Assembly (NCBI GenBank): GCA_964016885.1
Contig: OZ024743.1
Location: forward strand, 209,870,001 to 209,934,000
Direction of reading: 5' to 3'
Source: Eledone cirrhosa
Lineage: Eukaryota
DNA length: 64,000 nucleotides
Made by a program: the position numbers and the translations under genes. Positions 42,301 to 56,478 of the stretch are shown in pieces. How positions within the stretch are numbered: position 1 is the stretch's first letter; every line of letters begins with the position of its first letter. The notes beneath the pieces are model-generated. The model saw only the letters and a list, made by a program, of their open reading frames with translations. It was not told where the DNA came from and ran no database searches.

Positions 42301-45300
42301 CTAAAGCCACAGATGAAAGTTCTTCACTCGATAAGATATACCACAGTTTACCATCCTATAGCCACAGATGAAAGCTCTTCACTCCATGAGATATACCACA
42401 GTTTACCATCCTATAGCCACAGATGAAAGCTCTTCACTCCATAAGATATACCACAGTTTACCATCCTATAGCCACAAATGAAAGCTCTTCACCCCATAAG
42501 ATATACCACAGTTTACCATCCTATAGCCACAGCTGAAAGCTCTTCACCCCATAAGATATACCACAGTTTACCATCCTATAGCCACACATGAAAGCTCTTC
42601 ACTCCATAAGATATACCACATTTTACCATCCTATAGCCACACATGAAAGCTCTTCACTCCATAAGATATACCACAGTTTACCATCCTATAGCCACACATG
42701 AAAGCTCTTCACGCCATAAGATATACCACAGTTTACCATCCTATAGCCACACATGAAAGCTCTTCACCCCATAAGATATACCACAGTTTACCATCCTATT
42801 GCCACACATTAAAGCTCTTCACTCCATAAGATATACCACAGTTTACCATCCTATAGCCAGATGAAAGCTCTTCACTCCATAAGATATACGGCAGTTTACC
42901 ATCCTATAGCCACACATGAAATCTCTTCACTCCATAAGATATACCACAGTTTACCATCCTATAGCTACACATGAAAGCTCTTCACTCCATAAGATATACC
43001 TCAGTTTACCATCCTATAGCCACAGATGAAAGCTCTTCACTCCATAAGATATACCACAGTTTACTATCCTATAGCCACACATGAGAGCTCTTCACTCCAT
43101 AAGATTAACCACAGTTTACCATCCTATGGCCACACATGAAAGCTCTTCACCCCATAAGATATACCACAGTTTACCATCCTATAGCCAGATGAAAGCTCTT
43201 CACTCCGTAAAATATACCACAGTTTACCATCCTATAGCCACACATGAAAGCTCTTCACTCCATAAGATATACCACAGTTTACCATCCTATAGCCAGAGAT
43301 GAAAGCTGTTCACTCCATAAGATATACGACAGTTTACCATCCTATAGCCACAGATGAAAGCTTTTCACTCCATAAGATATACCACAGTTTACCATCCTAT
43401 AGCCAGATGAAAGCTCTTCACTCCATAAGATATACCACAGATTACCACCCTATAGCCACAGATGAAAGCTCTTCACTCCATGAGATATACCACAGTTTAC
43501 CATCCTATAGCCACGCCACGGATGAAAGCTCTTCACTCCATAAGATATACCACAGTTTACAATCCTATAGCCACAGATGAAAGCTCTTCACTCCATAAGA
43601 TATACCACAGTTTACCATCCTATGGCCACAGATGAAAGCTCTTCACTCCATAAGATATACCACAGTTTACCATCCTATAGCCACAGATGAAAGCTCTTCA
43701 CTCCATAAGATATACCACAGTTTACCATCCTATAGTCACACATGAAAGCTCTTCATTCCATAATATATACCACAGTTTACCATCCTATAGTCAAGCCACG
43801 GATGAAAGCTCTTCACTCCATAAGATATACCACAGTTTACCATCCTATAGTCACACATGAAAGCTCTTCACTCCATAAGATATACCACAGTTTACCATCC
43901 TATAGCCAGAGATGAAAGCTGTTCACTCCATAAGATATACGACAGTTTACCATCCTATAGCCACAGATGAAAGCTTTTCACTCCATAAGATATACCACAG
44001 TTTACCATCCTATAGCCAGATGAAAGCTCGTCACTCCATAAGATATACCACAGATTACCACCCTATAGCCACAGATGAAAGCTCTTCACTCCATGAGATA
44101 TACCACAGTTTACCATCCTATAGCCACGCCACGGATGAAAGCTCTTCACTCCATAAGATATACCACAGTTTACCATCCTATAGTCACACATGAAAGCTCT
44201 TCACTCCATAAGATATAACACAGTTTACCATCCTATAGCCACAGATGAAAGCTGTTCACTCCATAAGATATACGACAGTTTACCATCCTATAGCCAGATG
44301 AAAGCTCTTCACTCCATAAGATATACCACAGATTACCACCCTATAGCCACAGATGAAAGCTCTTCACTCCATGAGATATACCACAGTTTACCATCCTATA
44401 GCCACGCCACGGATGAAAGCTCTTCACTCCATAAGATATACCACAGTTTACAATCCTATAGCCACAGATGAAAGCTCTTCACTCCATATGATATACCACA
44501 GTTTACCATCCTATGGCCACAGATGAAAGCTCTTCACTCCATAAGATATACCACAGTTTACCATCCTATAGTCAAGCCACGGATGAAAGCTCTTCACTCC
44601 ATAAGATATACCACAGTTTACCATCCTATAGCCAGATGAAAGCTCTTCACTCCATAAGATATACCACAGTTTACCATCCTATAGCCACAGATGAAAGCTC
44701 TTCACTCCATAAGATATAACACAGTTTACCATCCTATAGCCAGATGAAAGCTCTTCACTCCATAAGATATACCACAGTTTACCATCCTATAGCCACAGAT
44801 GAAAGCTCTTCACTCCATAAGATATACCACAGTTTACCATCCTATAGCCACAGATGAAAGCTCTTCACTCTATAAGATATACCACAGTTTACCATCCTAT
44901 AGCCACAGATGAAAGCTGTTTACTCCATAAGATATACCACAGTTTACCATCCTATAGCCAGATGAAAGCTCTTCACTCCATAAGATATTCCACAATTTAC
45001 CATCCTATAGCCACAGATGAAAGCTGTTCACTCCATAAGATATACCACAGTTTACCATCCTATAGCCAGATGAAAGCTCTTCACTCCATAAGATATACCA
45101 GAGTTTACCATCCTAAAGCCAGAGATGAAAGCTCTTCACTCCATAAGATATACCACAGTTTACCATCCTATAGCCACAGATGAAAGCTCTTCACTCCATA
45201 AGATATACCACAGTTTACCATCATATAGCCACAGATGAAAGCTCTTCACCCCATAAGATATACCACAGTTTACCATCCTATAGCCACAGATGAAAGCTCT

Positions 45301-48300
45301 TCACCCCATAAGATATACCACAGTTTACCATCCTATAGCCACACATGAAAGCTCTTCACTCCATAAGATATACCACATTTTACCATCCTATAGCCACACA
45401 TGAAAGCTCTTCACTCCATAAGATATACCACAGTTTACCATCCTATTGCCACACATTAAAGCTCTTCACTCCATAAGATATACCACAGTTTACCATCCTA
45501 TAGCCACACATGAAAGCTCTTCACTCCATAAGATATACCACAGTTTACCATCCTATAGCCAGATGAAAGCTCTTCACTCCATAAGATATACGACAGTTTA
45601 CCATCCTATAGCCACACATGAAATCTCTTCACTCCATAAGATATACCACAGTTTACCATCCTATAGCCACACATGAAAGCTCTTCACTCCATAAGATATA
45701 CCTCAGTTTACCATCCTATAGCCACAGATGAAAGCTCTTCACTCCATAAGATATACCACAGTTTACTATCCTATAGCCACACATGAGAGCTCTTCACTCC
45801 ATAAGATTAACCACAGTTTACCATCCTATGGCCACACATGAAAGCTCTTCACCCCATAAGATATACCACAGTTTACCATCCTATAGCCACATGAAAGCTC
45901 TTCACTCCGTAAAATATACCACAGTTTACCATCCTATAGCCACACATGAAAGCTCTTCACTCCATAAGATATACCACAGTTTACCATCCTATAGCCAGAG
46001 ATGAAAGCTGTTCACTCCATAAGATATACGACAGTTTACCATCCTATAGCCACAGATGAAAGCTGTTCACTCCATAAGATATACGACAGTTTAGCATCCT
46101 ATAGCCACACATGAAATCTCTTCACTCCATAAGATATACCACAGTTTACCATCCTATAGCCACACATGAAAGCTCTTCACTCCATAAGATATACCTCAGT
46201 TTACCATCCTATAGCCACAGATGAAAGCTCTTCACTCCATAAGATATACCACAGTTTACTATCCTATAGCCACACATGAGAGCTCTTCACTCCATAAGAT
46301 TAACCACAGTTTACCATCCTATGGCCACACATGAAAGCTCTTCACCCCATAAGATATAGCACAGTTTACCATCCTATAGCCAGATGAAAGCTCTTCACTC
46401 CGTAAAATATACCACAGTTTACCATCCTATAGCCACACATGAAAGCTCTTCACTCCATAAGATATACCACAGTTTACCATCCTATAGCCAGAGATGAAAG
46501 CTGTTCACTCCATAAGATATACGACAGTTTACCATCCTATAGCCACAGATGAAAGCTGTTCACTCCATAAGAGATACGACAGTTTACCATCCTATAGCCA
46601 GATGAAAGCTCTTCACTCCATAAGATATACCACAGATTACCACCCGATAGCCACAGATGAAAGCTCTTCACTCCATGAGATATAGCACAGTTTACCATCC
46701 TATAGCCACGCCACAGATGAAAGCTCTTCACTCCATAAGATATACCACAGTTTACAATCCTATAGCCACAGATGAAAGCTCTTCACTCCATAAGATACAC
46801 CACAGTTTACCATCCTATGGCCACAGATGAAAGCTCTTCACTCCATAAGATATACCACAGTTTACCATCCTATAGCCACAGATGAAAGCTCTTCACTCCA
46901 TAAGATATACCACAGTTTACCATCCTATAGCCACACATGAAAGCTCTTCATTCCATAAGATGTACCACAGTTTACCATCCTATAGTCAAGCCACGGATGA
47001 AAGCTCTTCACTCCATAAGATATACCACAGTTTACCATCCTATAGTCACACATGAAAGCTCTTCACTCCATAAGATATAACACAGTTTACCATCCTATAG
47101 CCACAGATGAAAGCTGTTCACTCCATAAGATATACGACAGTTTACCATCCTATAGCCAGATGAAAGCTCTTCACTCCATAAGATATACCACAGATTACCA
47201 CCCTATAGCCACAGATGAAAGCTCTTCACTCCATGAGATATATCACAGTTTACCATCCTATAGCCACGCCACGGATGAAAGCTCTTCACTCTATAAGATA
47301 TACCACAGTTTACAATCCTATAGCCACAGATGAAAGCTCTTCACTCCATAAGATATACCACAGTTTACCATCCTATGGCCACAGATGAAAGCTCTTCACT
47401 CCATAAGATATACCACAGTTTACCATCCTATAGCCACAGATGAAAGCTCTTCACTCCATAAGATATACAGCAGTTTACGATCCTATAGCCACACATGAAA
47501 GCTCTTCACTCCATAAGATATACCACAGTTTACCATCCTATAGTCAAGCCACGGACGAAAGCTCTTCACTCCATAAGATATACCACAGATTACCATCCTA
47601 TAGTCACACATGAAAGCTCTTCACTCCATAAGATATAACACAGTTTACCATCCTATAGCCAGATGAAAGCTCTTCACTCCATAAGATATACCACAGTTTA
47701 CCATCCTATAGCCACAGATGAAAGCTCTTCACTCCATAAGATATACCACAGTTTACCATCCTATAGCCACAGATGAAAGCTCTTCACTCTATAAGATATA
47801 CCACAGTTTACCATCCTATAGCCACAGATGAAAGCTGTTTACTCCATAAGATATACCACAGTTTACCATCCTATAGCCAGATGAAAGCTCTTCACTCCAT
47901 AAGATATTCCACAATTTACCATCCTATAGCCACAGATGAAAGCTGTTCACTCCATAAGATATACCACAGTTTACCATCCTATAGCCACAGATGAAAGCTC
48001 TTCACTCCATAAGATATACCACAGTTTACCATCCTATAGCCACAGATGAAAGCTCTTCACCCCATTAGATATACCACAGTTTACCATCCTATAGCCACAC
48101 ATGAAAGCTCTTCACTCCATAAGATATACCTCAGTTTACCATCCTATAGACACAGATGAAAGCTCTTCACTCCATAAGATATACCACAGTTTAATATCCT
48201 ATAGCCACACATGAGAGCTCTTCACTCCATAAGATTAACCACAGTTTACCATCCTATGGCCACACATGAAAGCTCTTCACCCCATAAGATATACCACAGT

Positions 48301-48440
48301 TTACCATCCTATAGCCAGATGAAAGCTCTTCACTCCGTAAAATATACCACAGTTTACCATCCTATAGCCACACATGAAAGCTCTTCACTCCATAAGATAT
48401 ACCACAGTTTACCATCCTATAGCCAGAGATGAAAGCTGTT
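33380..48440 (+). repeat. ~7.2-7.8 kb tandem duplication with internal whole-monomer indels
   Basis: Offsets step through 7225 (33598/40823, 33768/40993, 34041/41266), 7280 (35801/43081), 7831 (36359/44190) and 7721 (37133/44854 through 40490/48211). Shared rare variants are ACCAAAG, CATGGAAG, TTCCCTCC, AGCGACAC, GCTGTTAAC, CAGCTGAA, TACGGCAG and CCATATGA. Confidence 0.92.
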
Positions 48441-51400
48441 CACTCCATAAGATATACCACAGTTTACCATCCTATAGCCACAGATGAAAGCTGTTCACTC
48501 CATAAGATATACGACAGTTTACCATCCTATAGCCAGATGAAAGCTCTTCACTCCATAAGATATACCACAGATTACCACCCTATAGCCACAGATGAAAGCT
48601 CTTCACTCTATGAGATATACCACAGTTTACCATCCTATAGCCACGCCACGGATGAAAGCTCTTCACTCCATAAGATATACCACAGTTTACAATCCTATAG
48701 CCACAGATGAAAGCTCTTCACTCCATAAGATATACCACAGTTTACCATCCTATAGCCACAGATGAAAGCTCTTCACTCCATAAGATATACCACAGTTTAC
48801 CATCCTATAGCCACAGATGAAAGCTCTTCACTCCATAAGATATACCACAGTTTACAATCCTATAGCCACAGATGAAAGCTCTTCACTCCATAAGATATAC
48901 CACAGTTTACCATCCTATGGCCACAGATGAAAGCTCTTCACTCCATAAGATATACCACAGTTTACCATCCTATAGCCACAGATGAAAGCTCTTCACTCCA
49001 TAAGATATACCACAGTTTACCATCCTATAGTCACACATGAAAGCTCTTCACTCCATAAGATATACCACAGTTTACCATCCTATAGTCAAGCCACGGATGA
49101 AAGCTCTTCACTCCATAAGATATACCACAGTTTACCATCCTATAGTCACACATGAAAGCTCTTCACTCCATACCATATAACACAGTTTACCATCCTATAG
49201 CCAGATGAAAGCTCTTCACTCCATAAGATATACCACAGTTTACCATCCTATAGCCACAGATGAAAGCTCTTCACTCCATAAGATATACCACAGTTTACCA
49301 TCCTATAGCCACAGATGAAAGCTGTTCACTCCATAAGATATACCACAGTTTACCATCCTATAGCCACACATGAAAGCTCTTCACTCCATAAGATATACCA
49401 CAGTTTACCATCCTATAGCCACAGATGAAAGCTCTTCACTCTATAAGATATACCACAGTTTACCATCCTATAGCCACAGATGAAAGCTGTTTACTCCATA
49501 AGATATACCACAGTTTACCATCCTATAGCCAGATGAAAGCTCTTCACTCCATAAGATATTCCACAATTTACCATCCTATAGCCACAGATGAAAGCTGTTC
49601 ACTCCATAAGATATACCACAGTTTACCATCCTATAGCCACAGATGAAAGCTCTTCACTCCATAAGATATACCACAGTTTACCATCCTATAGCCACAGATG
49701 AAAGCTCTTCACCCCATAAGATATACCACAGTTTACCATCCTATAGCCATAGATGAAAGCTCTTCACCCCATGAGATATACCACAGTTTACCATCCTATA
49801 GCCACACATGAAAGCTCTTCACTCAATATATATACCACAGTTTACCATCCTAAAGCCACAGATGAAAGCTCTTCACTCCATAAGATATACCACAGTTTAC
49901 CATCCTATAGCCACAGATGAAAGCTCTTCACTCCATAAGATATACCACAGTTTACCATCCTATAGCCAGATGAAAGCTCTTCACTCCATAAGATATACGA
50001 CAGTTTACCATCCTATAGCCACACATGAAATCTCTTCACTCCATAAGATATACCACAGTTTACCATCCTATAGCCACACATGAAAGCTCTTCACTCCATA
50101 AGATATACCTCAGTTTACCATCCTATAGACACAGATGAAAGCTCTTCACTCCATAAGATATACCACAGTTTAATATCCTATAGCCACACATGAGAGCTCT
50201 TCACTCCATAAGATTAACCACAGTTTACCATCCTATGGCCACACATGAAAGCTCTTCACCCCATAAGATATACCACAGTTTACCATCCTATAGCCAGATG
50301 AAAGCTCTTCACTCCGTAAAATATACCACAGTTTACCATCCTATAGCCACACATGAAAGCTCTTCACTCCATAAGATATACCACAGTTTACCATCCTATA
50401 GCCAGAGATGAAAGCTGTTCACTCCATAAGATATACCACAGTTTACCATCCTATAGCCACAGATGAAAGCTGTTCACTCCATAAGATATACGACAGTTTA
50501 CCATCCTATAGCCAGATGAAAGCTCTTCACTCCATAAGATATACCACAGATTACCACCCTATAGCCACAGATGAAAGCTCTTCACTCTATGAGATATAAC
50601 ACAGTTTACCATCCTATAGCCAGATGAAAGCTCTTCACTCCATAAGATATACCACAGTTTACCATCCTATAGCCACAGATGAAAGCTCTTCACTCCATAA
50701 GATATACCACAGTTTACCATCCTATAGCCACAGATGAAAGCTCTTCACTCTATAAGATATACCACAGTTTACCATCCTATAGCCACAGATGAAAGCTGTT
50801 TACTCCATAAGATATACCACAGTTTACCATCCTATAGCCAGATGAAAGCTCTTCACTCCATAAGATATTCCACAATTTACCATCCTATAGCCACAGATGA
50901 AAGCTGTTCACTCCATAAGATATACCACAGTTTACCATCCTATAGCCAGATGAAAGCTCTTCACTCCATAAGATATACCAGAGTTTACCATCCTAAAGCC
51001 AGAGATGAAAGCTCTTCACTCCATAAGATATACCACAGTTTACCATCCTATAGCCACAGATGAAAGCTCTTCACTCCATAAGATATACCACAGTTTACCA
51101 TCATATAGCCACAGATGAAAGCTCTTCACCCCATAAGATATACCACAGTTTACCATCCTATAGCCACAGATGAAAGCTCTTCACCCCATAAGATATACCA
51201 CAGTTTACCATCCTATAGCCACACATGAAAGCTCTTCACTCCATAAGATATACCACATTTTACCATCCTATAGCCACACATGAAAGCTCTTCACTCCATA
51301 AGATATACCACAGTTTACCATCCTATTGCCACACATTAAAGCTCTTCACTCCATAAGATATACCACAGTTTACCATCCTATAGCCACACATGAAAGCTCT

Positions 51401-54400
51401 TCACTCCATAAGATATACCACAGTTTACCATCCTATAGCCAGATGAAAGCTCTTCACTCCATAAGATATACGACAGTTTACCATCCTATAGCCACACATG
51501 AAATCTCTTCACTCCATAAGATATACCACAGTTTACCATCCTATAGCCACACATGAAAGCTCTTCACTCCATAAGATATACCTCAGTTTACCATCCTATA
51601 GCCACAGATGAAAGCTCTTCACTCCATAAGATATACCACAGTTTACTATCCTATAGCCACACATGAGAGCTCTTCACTCCATAAGATTAACCACAGTTTA
51701 CCATCCTATGGCCACACATGAAAGCTCTTCACCCCATAAGATATACCACAGTTTACCATCCTATAGCCACATGAAAGCTCTTCACTCCGTAAAATATACC
51801 ACAGTTTACCATCCTATAGCCACACATGAAAGCTCTTCACTCCATAAGATATACCACAGTTTACCATCCTATAGCCAGAGATGAAAGCTGTTCACTCCAT
51901 AAGATATACGACAGTTTACCATCCTATAGCCACAGATGAAAGCTGTTCACTCCATAAGATATACGACAGTTTAGCATCCTATAGCCACACATGAAATCTC
52001 TTCACTCCATAAGATATACCACAGTTTACCATCCTATAGCCACACATGAAAGCTCTTCACTCCATAAGATATACCTCAGTTTACCATCCTATAGCCACAG
52101 ATGAAAGCTCTTCACTCCATAAGATATACCACAGTTTACTATCCTATAGCCACACATGAGAGCTCTTCACTCCATAAGATTAACCACAGTTTACCATCCT
52201 ATGGCCACACATGAAAGCTCTTCACCCCATAAGATATAGCACAGTTTACCATCCTATAGCCAGATGAAAGCTCTTCACTCCGTAAAATATACCACAGTTT
52301 ACCATCCTATAGCCACACATGAAAGCTCTTCACTCCATAAGATATACCACAGTTTACCATCCTATAGCCAGAGATGAAAGCTGTTCACTCCATAAGATAT
52401 ACGACAGTTTACCATCCTATAGCCACAGATGAAAGCTGTTCACTCCATAAGAGATACGACAGTTTACCATCCTATAGCCAGATGAAAGCTCTTCACTCCA
52501 TAAGATATACCACAGATTACCACCCGATAGCCACAGATGAAAGCTCTTCACTCCATGAGATATAGCACAGTTTACCATCCTATAGCCACGCCACAGATGA
52601 AAGCTCTTCACTCCATAAGATATACCACAGTTTACAATCCTATAGCCACAGATGAAAGCTCTTCACTCCATAAGATACACCACAGTTTACCATCCTATGG
52701 CCACAGATGAAAGCTCTTCACTCCATAAGATATACCACAGTTTACCATCCTATAGCCACAGATGAAAGCTCTTCACTCCATAAGATATACCACAGTTTAC
52801 CATCCTATAGCCACACATGAAAGCTCTTCATTCCATAAGATGTACCACAGTTTACCATCCTATAGTCAAGCCACGGATGAAAGCTCTTCACTCCATAAGA
52901 TATACCACAGTTTACCATCCTATAGTCACACATGAAAGCTCTTCACTCCATAAGATATAACACAGTTTACCATCCTATAGCCACAGATGAAAGCTGTTCA
53001 CTCCATAAGATATACGACAGTTTACCATCCTATAGCCAGATGAAAGCTCTTCACTCCATAAGATATACCACAGATTACCACCCTATAGCCACAGATGAAA
53101 GCTCTTCACTCCATGAGATATATCACAGTTTACCATCCTATAGCCACGCCACGGATGAAAGCTCTTCACTCTATAAGATATACCACAGTTTACAATCCTA
53201 TAGCCACAGATGAAAGCTCTTCACTCCATAAGATATACCACAGTTTACCATCCTATGGCCACAGATGAAAGCTCTTCACTCCATAAGATATACCACAGTT
53301 TACCATCCTATAGCCACAGATGAAAGCTCTTCACTCCATAAGATATACAGCAGTTTACGATCCTATAGCCACACATGAAAGCTCTTCACTCCATAAGATA
53401 TACCACAGTTTACCATCCTATAGTCAAGCCACGGACGAAAGCTCTTCACTCCATAAGATATACCACAGATTACCATCCTATAGTCACACATGAAAGCTCT
53501 TCACTCCATAAGATATAACACAGTTTACCATCCTATAGCCAGATGAAAGCTCTTCACTCCATAAGATATACCACAGTTTACCATCCTATAGCCACAGATG
53601 AAAGCTCTTCACTCCATAAGATATACCACAGTTTACCATCCTATAGCCACAGATGAAAGCTCTTCACTCTATAAGATATACCACAGTTTACCATCCTATA
53701 GCCACAGATGAAAGCTGTTTACTCCATAAGATATACCACAGTTTACCATCCTATAGCCAGATGAAAGCTCTTCACTCCATAAGATATTCCACAATTTACC
53801 ATCCTATAGCCACAGATGAAAGCTGTTCACTCCATAAGATATACCACAGTTTACCATCCTATAGCCACAGATGAAAGCTCTTCACTCCATAAGATATACC
53901 ACAGTTTACCATCCTATAGCCACAGATGAAAGCTCTTCACCCCATTAGATATACCACAGTTTACCATCCTATAGCCACACATGAAAGCTCTTCACTCCAT
54001 AAGATATACCTCAGTTTACCATCCTATAGACACAGATGAAAGCTCTTCACTCCATAAGATATACCACAGTTTAATATCCTATAGCCACACATGAGAGCTC
54101 TTCACTCCATAAGATTAACCACAGTTTACCATCCTATGGCCACACATGAAAGCTCTTCACCCCATAAGATATACCACAGTTTACCATCCTATAGCCAGAT
54201 GAAAGCTCTTCACTCCGTAAAATATACCACAGTTTACCATCCTATAGCCACACATGAAAGCTCTTCACTCCATAAGATATACCACAGTTTACCATCCTAT
54301 AGCCAGAGATGAAAGCTGTTCACTCCATAAGATATACCACAGTTTACCATCCTATAGCCACAGATGAAAGCTGTTCACTCCATAAGATATACGACAGTTT

Positions 54401-56478
54401 ACCATCCTATAGCCAGATGAAAGCTCTTCACTCCATAAGATATACCACAGATTACCACCCTATAGCCACAGATGAAAGCTCTTCACTCTATGAGATATAC
54501 CACAGTTTACCATCCTATAGCCACGCCACGGATGAAAGCTCTTCACTCCATAAGATATACCACAGTTTACAATCCTATAGCCACAGATGAAAGCTCTTCA
54601 CTCCATAAGATATACCACAGTTTACCATCCTATAGCCACAGATGAAAGCTCTTCACTCCATAAGATATACCACAGTTTACCATCCTATAGCCACAGATGA
54701 AAGCTCTTCACTCCATAAGATATACCACAGTTTACAATCCTATAGCCACAGATGAAAGCTCTTCACTCCATAAGATATACCACAGTTTACCATCCTATGG
54801 CCACAGATGAAAGCTCTTCACTCCATAAGATATACCACAGTTTACCATCCTATAGCCACAGATGAAAGCTCTTCACTCCATAAGATATACCACAGTTTAC
54901 CATCCTATAGTCACACATGAAAGCTCTTCACTCCATAAGATATACCACAGTTTACCATCCTATAGTCAAGCCACGGATGAAAGCTCTTCACTCCATAAGA
55001 TATACCACAGTTTACCATCCTATAGTCACACATGAAAGCTCTTCACTCCATACCATATAACACAGTTTACCATCCTATAGCCAGATGAAAGCTCTTCACT
55101 CCATAAGATATACCACAGTTTACCATCCTATAGCCACAGATGAAAGCTCTTCACTCCATAAGATATACCACAGTTTACCATCCTATAGCCACAGATGAAA
55201 GCTGTTCACTCCATAAGATATACCACAGTTTACCATCCTATAGCCACACATGAAAGCTCTTCACTCCATAAGATATACCACAGTTTACCATCCTATAGCC
55301 ACAGATGAAAGCTCTTCACTCTATAAGATATACCACAGTTTACCATCCTATAGCCACAGATGAAAGCTGTTTACTCCATAAGATATACCACAGTTTACCA
55401 TCCTATAGCCAGATGAAAGCTCTTCACTCCATAAGATATTCCACAATTTACCATCCTATAGCCACAGATGAAAGCTGTTCACTCCATAAGATATACCACA
55501 GTTTACCATCCTATAGCCACAGATGAAAGCTCTTCACTCCATAAGATATACCACAGTTTACCATCCTATAGCCACAGATGAAAGCTCTTCACCCCATAAG
55601 ATATACCACAGTTTACCATCCTATAGCCATAGATGAAAGCTCTTCACCCCATGAGATATACCACAGTTTACCATCCTATAGCCACACATGAAAGCTCTTC
55701 ACTCAATATATATACCACAGTTTACCATCCTAAAGCCACAGATGAAAGCTCTTCACTCCATAAGATATACCACAGTTTACCATCCTATAGCCACAGATGA
55801 AAGCTCTTCACTCCATAAGATATACCACAGTTTACCATCCTATAGCCAGATGAAAGCTCTTCACTCCATAAGATATACGACAGTTTACCATCCTATAGCC
55901 ACACATGAAATCTCTTCACTCCATAAGATATACCACAGTTTACCATCCTATAGCCACACATGAAAGCTCTTCACTCCATAAGATATACCTCAGTTTACCA
56001 TCCTATAGACACAGATGAAAGCTCTTCACTCCATAAGATATACCACAGTTTAATATCCTATAGCCACACATGAGAGCTCTTCACTCCATAAGATTAACCA
56101 CAGTTTACCATCCTATGGCCACACATGAAAGCTCTTCACCCCATAAGATATACCACAGTTTACCATCCTATAGCCAGATGAAAGCTCTTCACTCCGTAAA
56201 ATATACCACAGTTTACCATCCTATAGCCACACATGAAAGCTCTTCACTCCATAAGATATACCACAGTTTACCATCCTATAGCCAGAGATGAAAGCTGTTC
56301 ACTCCATAAGATATACCACAGTTTACCATCCTATAGCCACAGATGAAAGCTGTTCACTCCATAAGATATACGACAGTTTACCATCCTATAGCCAGATGAA
56401 AGCTCTTCACTCCATAAGATATACCACAGATTACCACCCTATAGCCACAGATGAAAGCTCTTCACTCTATGAGATATA
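44712..56478 (+). repeat. 5880-bp tandem duplication, apparently identical copies (44712-50591 and 50592-56471)
   Basis: Thirteen ORF pairs share offset 5880. Because 5880=98x60, printed lines match directly (44761=50641, 46621=52501, 49141=55021, 49801=55681). Spot checks found no differences. Confidence 0.96.

Noticed and set aside
38816-52611. Three identical 64-aa minus-strand ORFs (38816, 46537, 52417)
   Set aside because: They are chance stop-free stretches created by local variants and copied by the 7721- and 5880-bp duplications.
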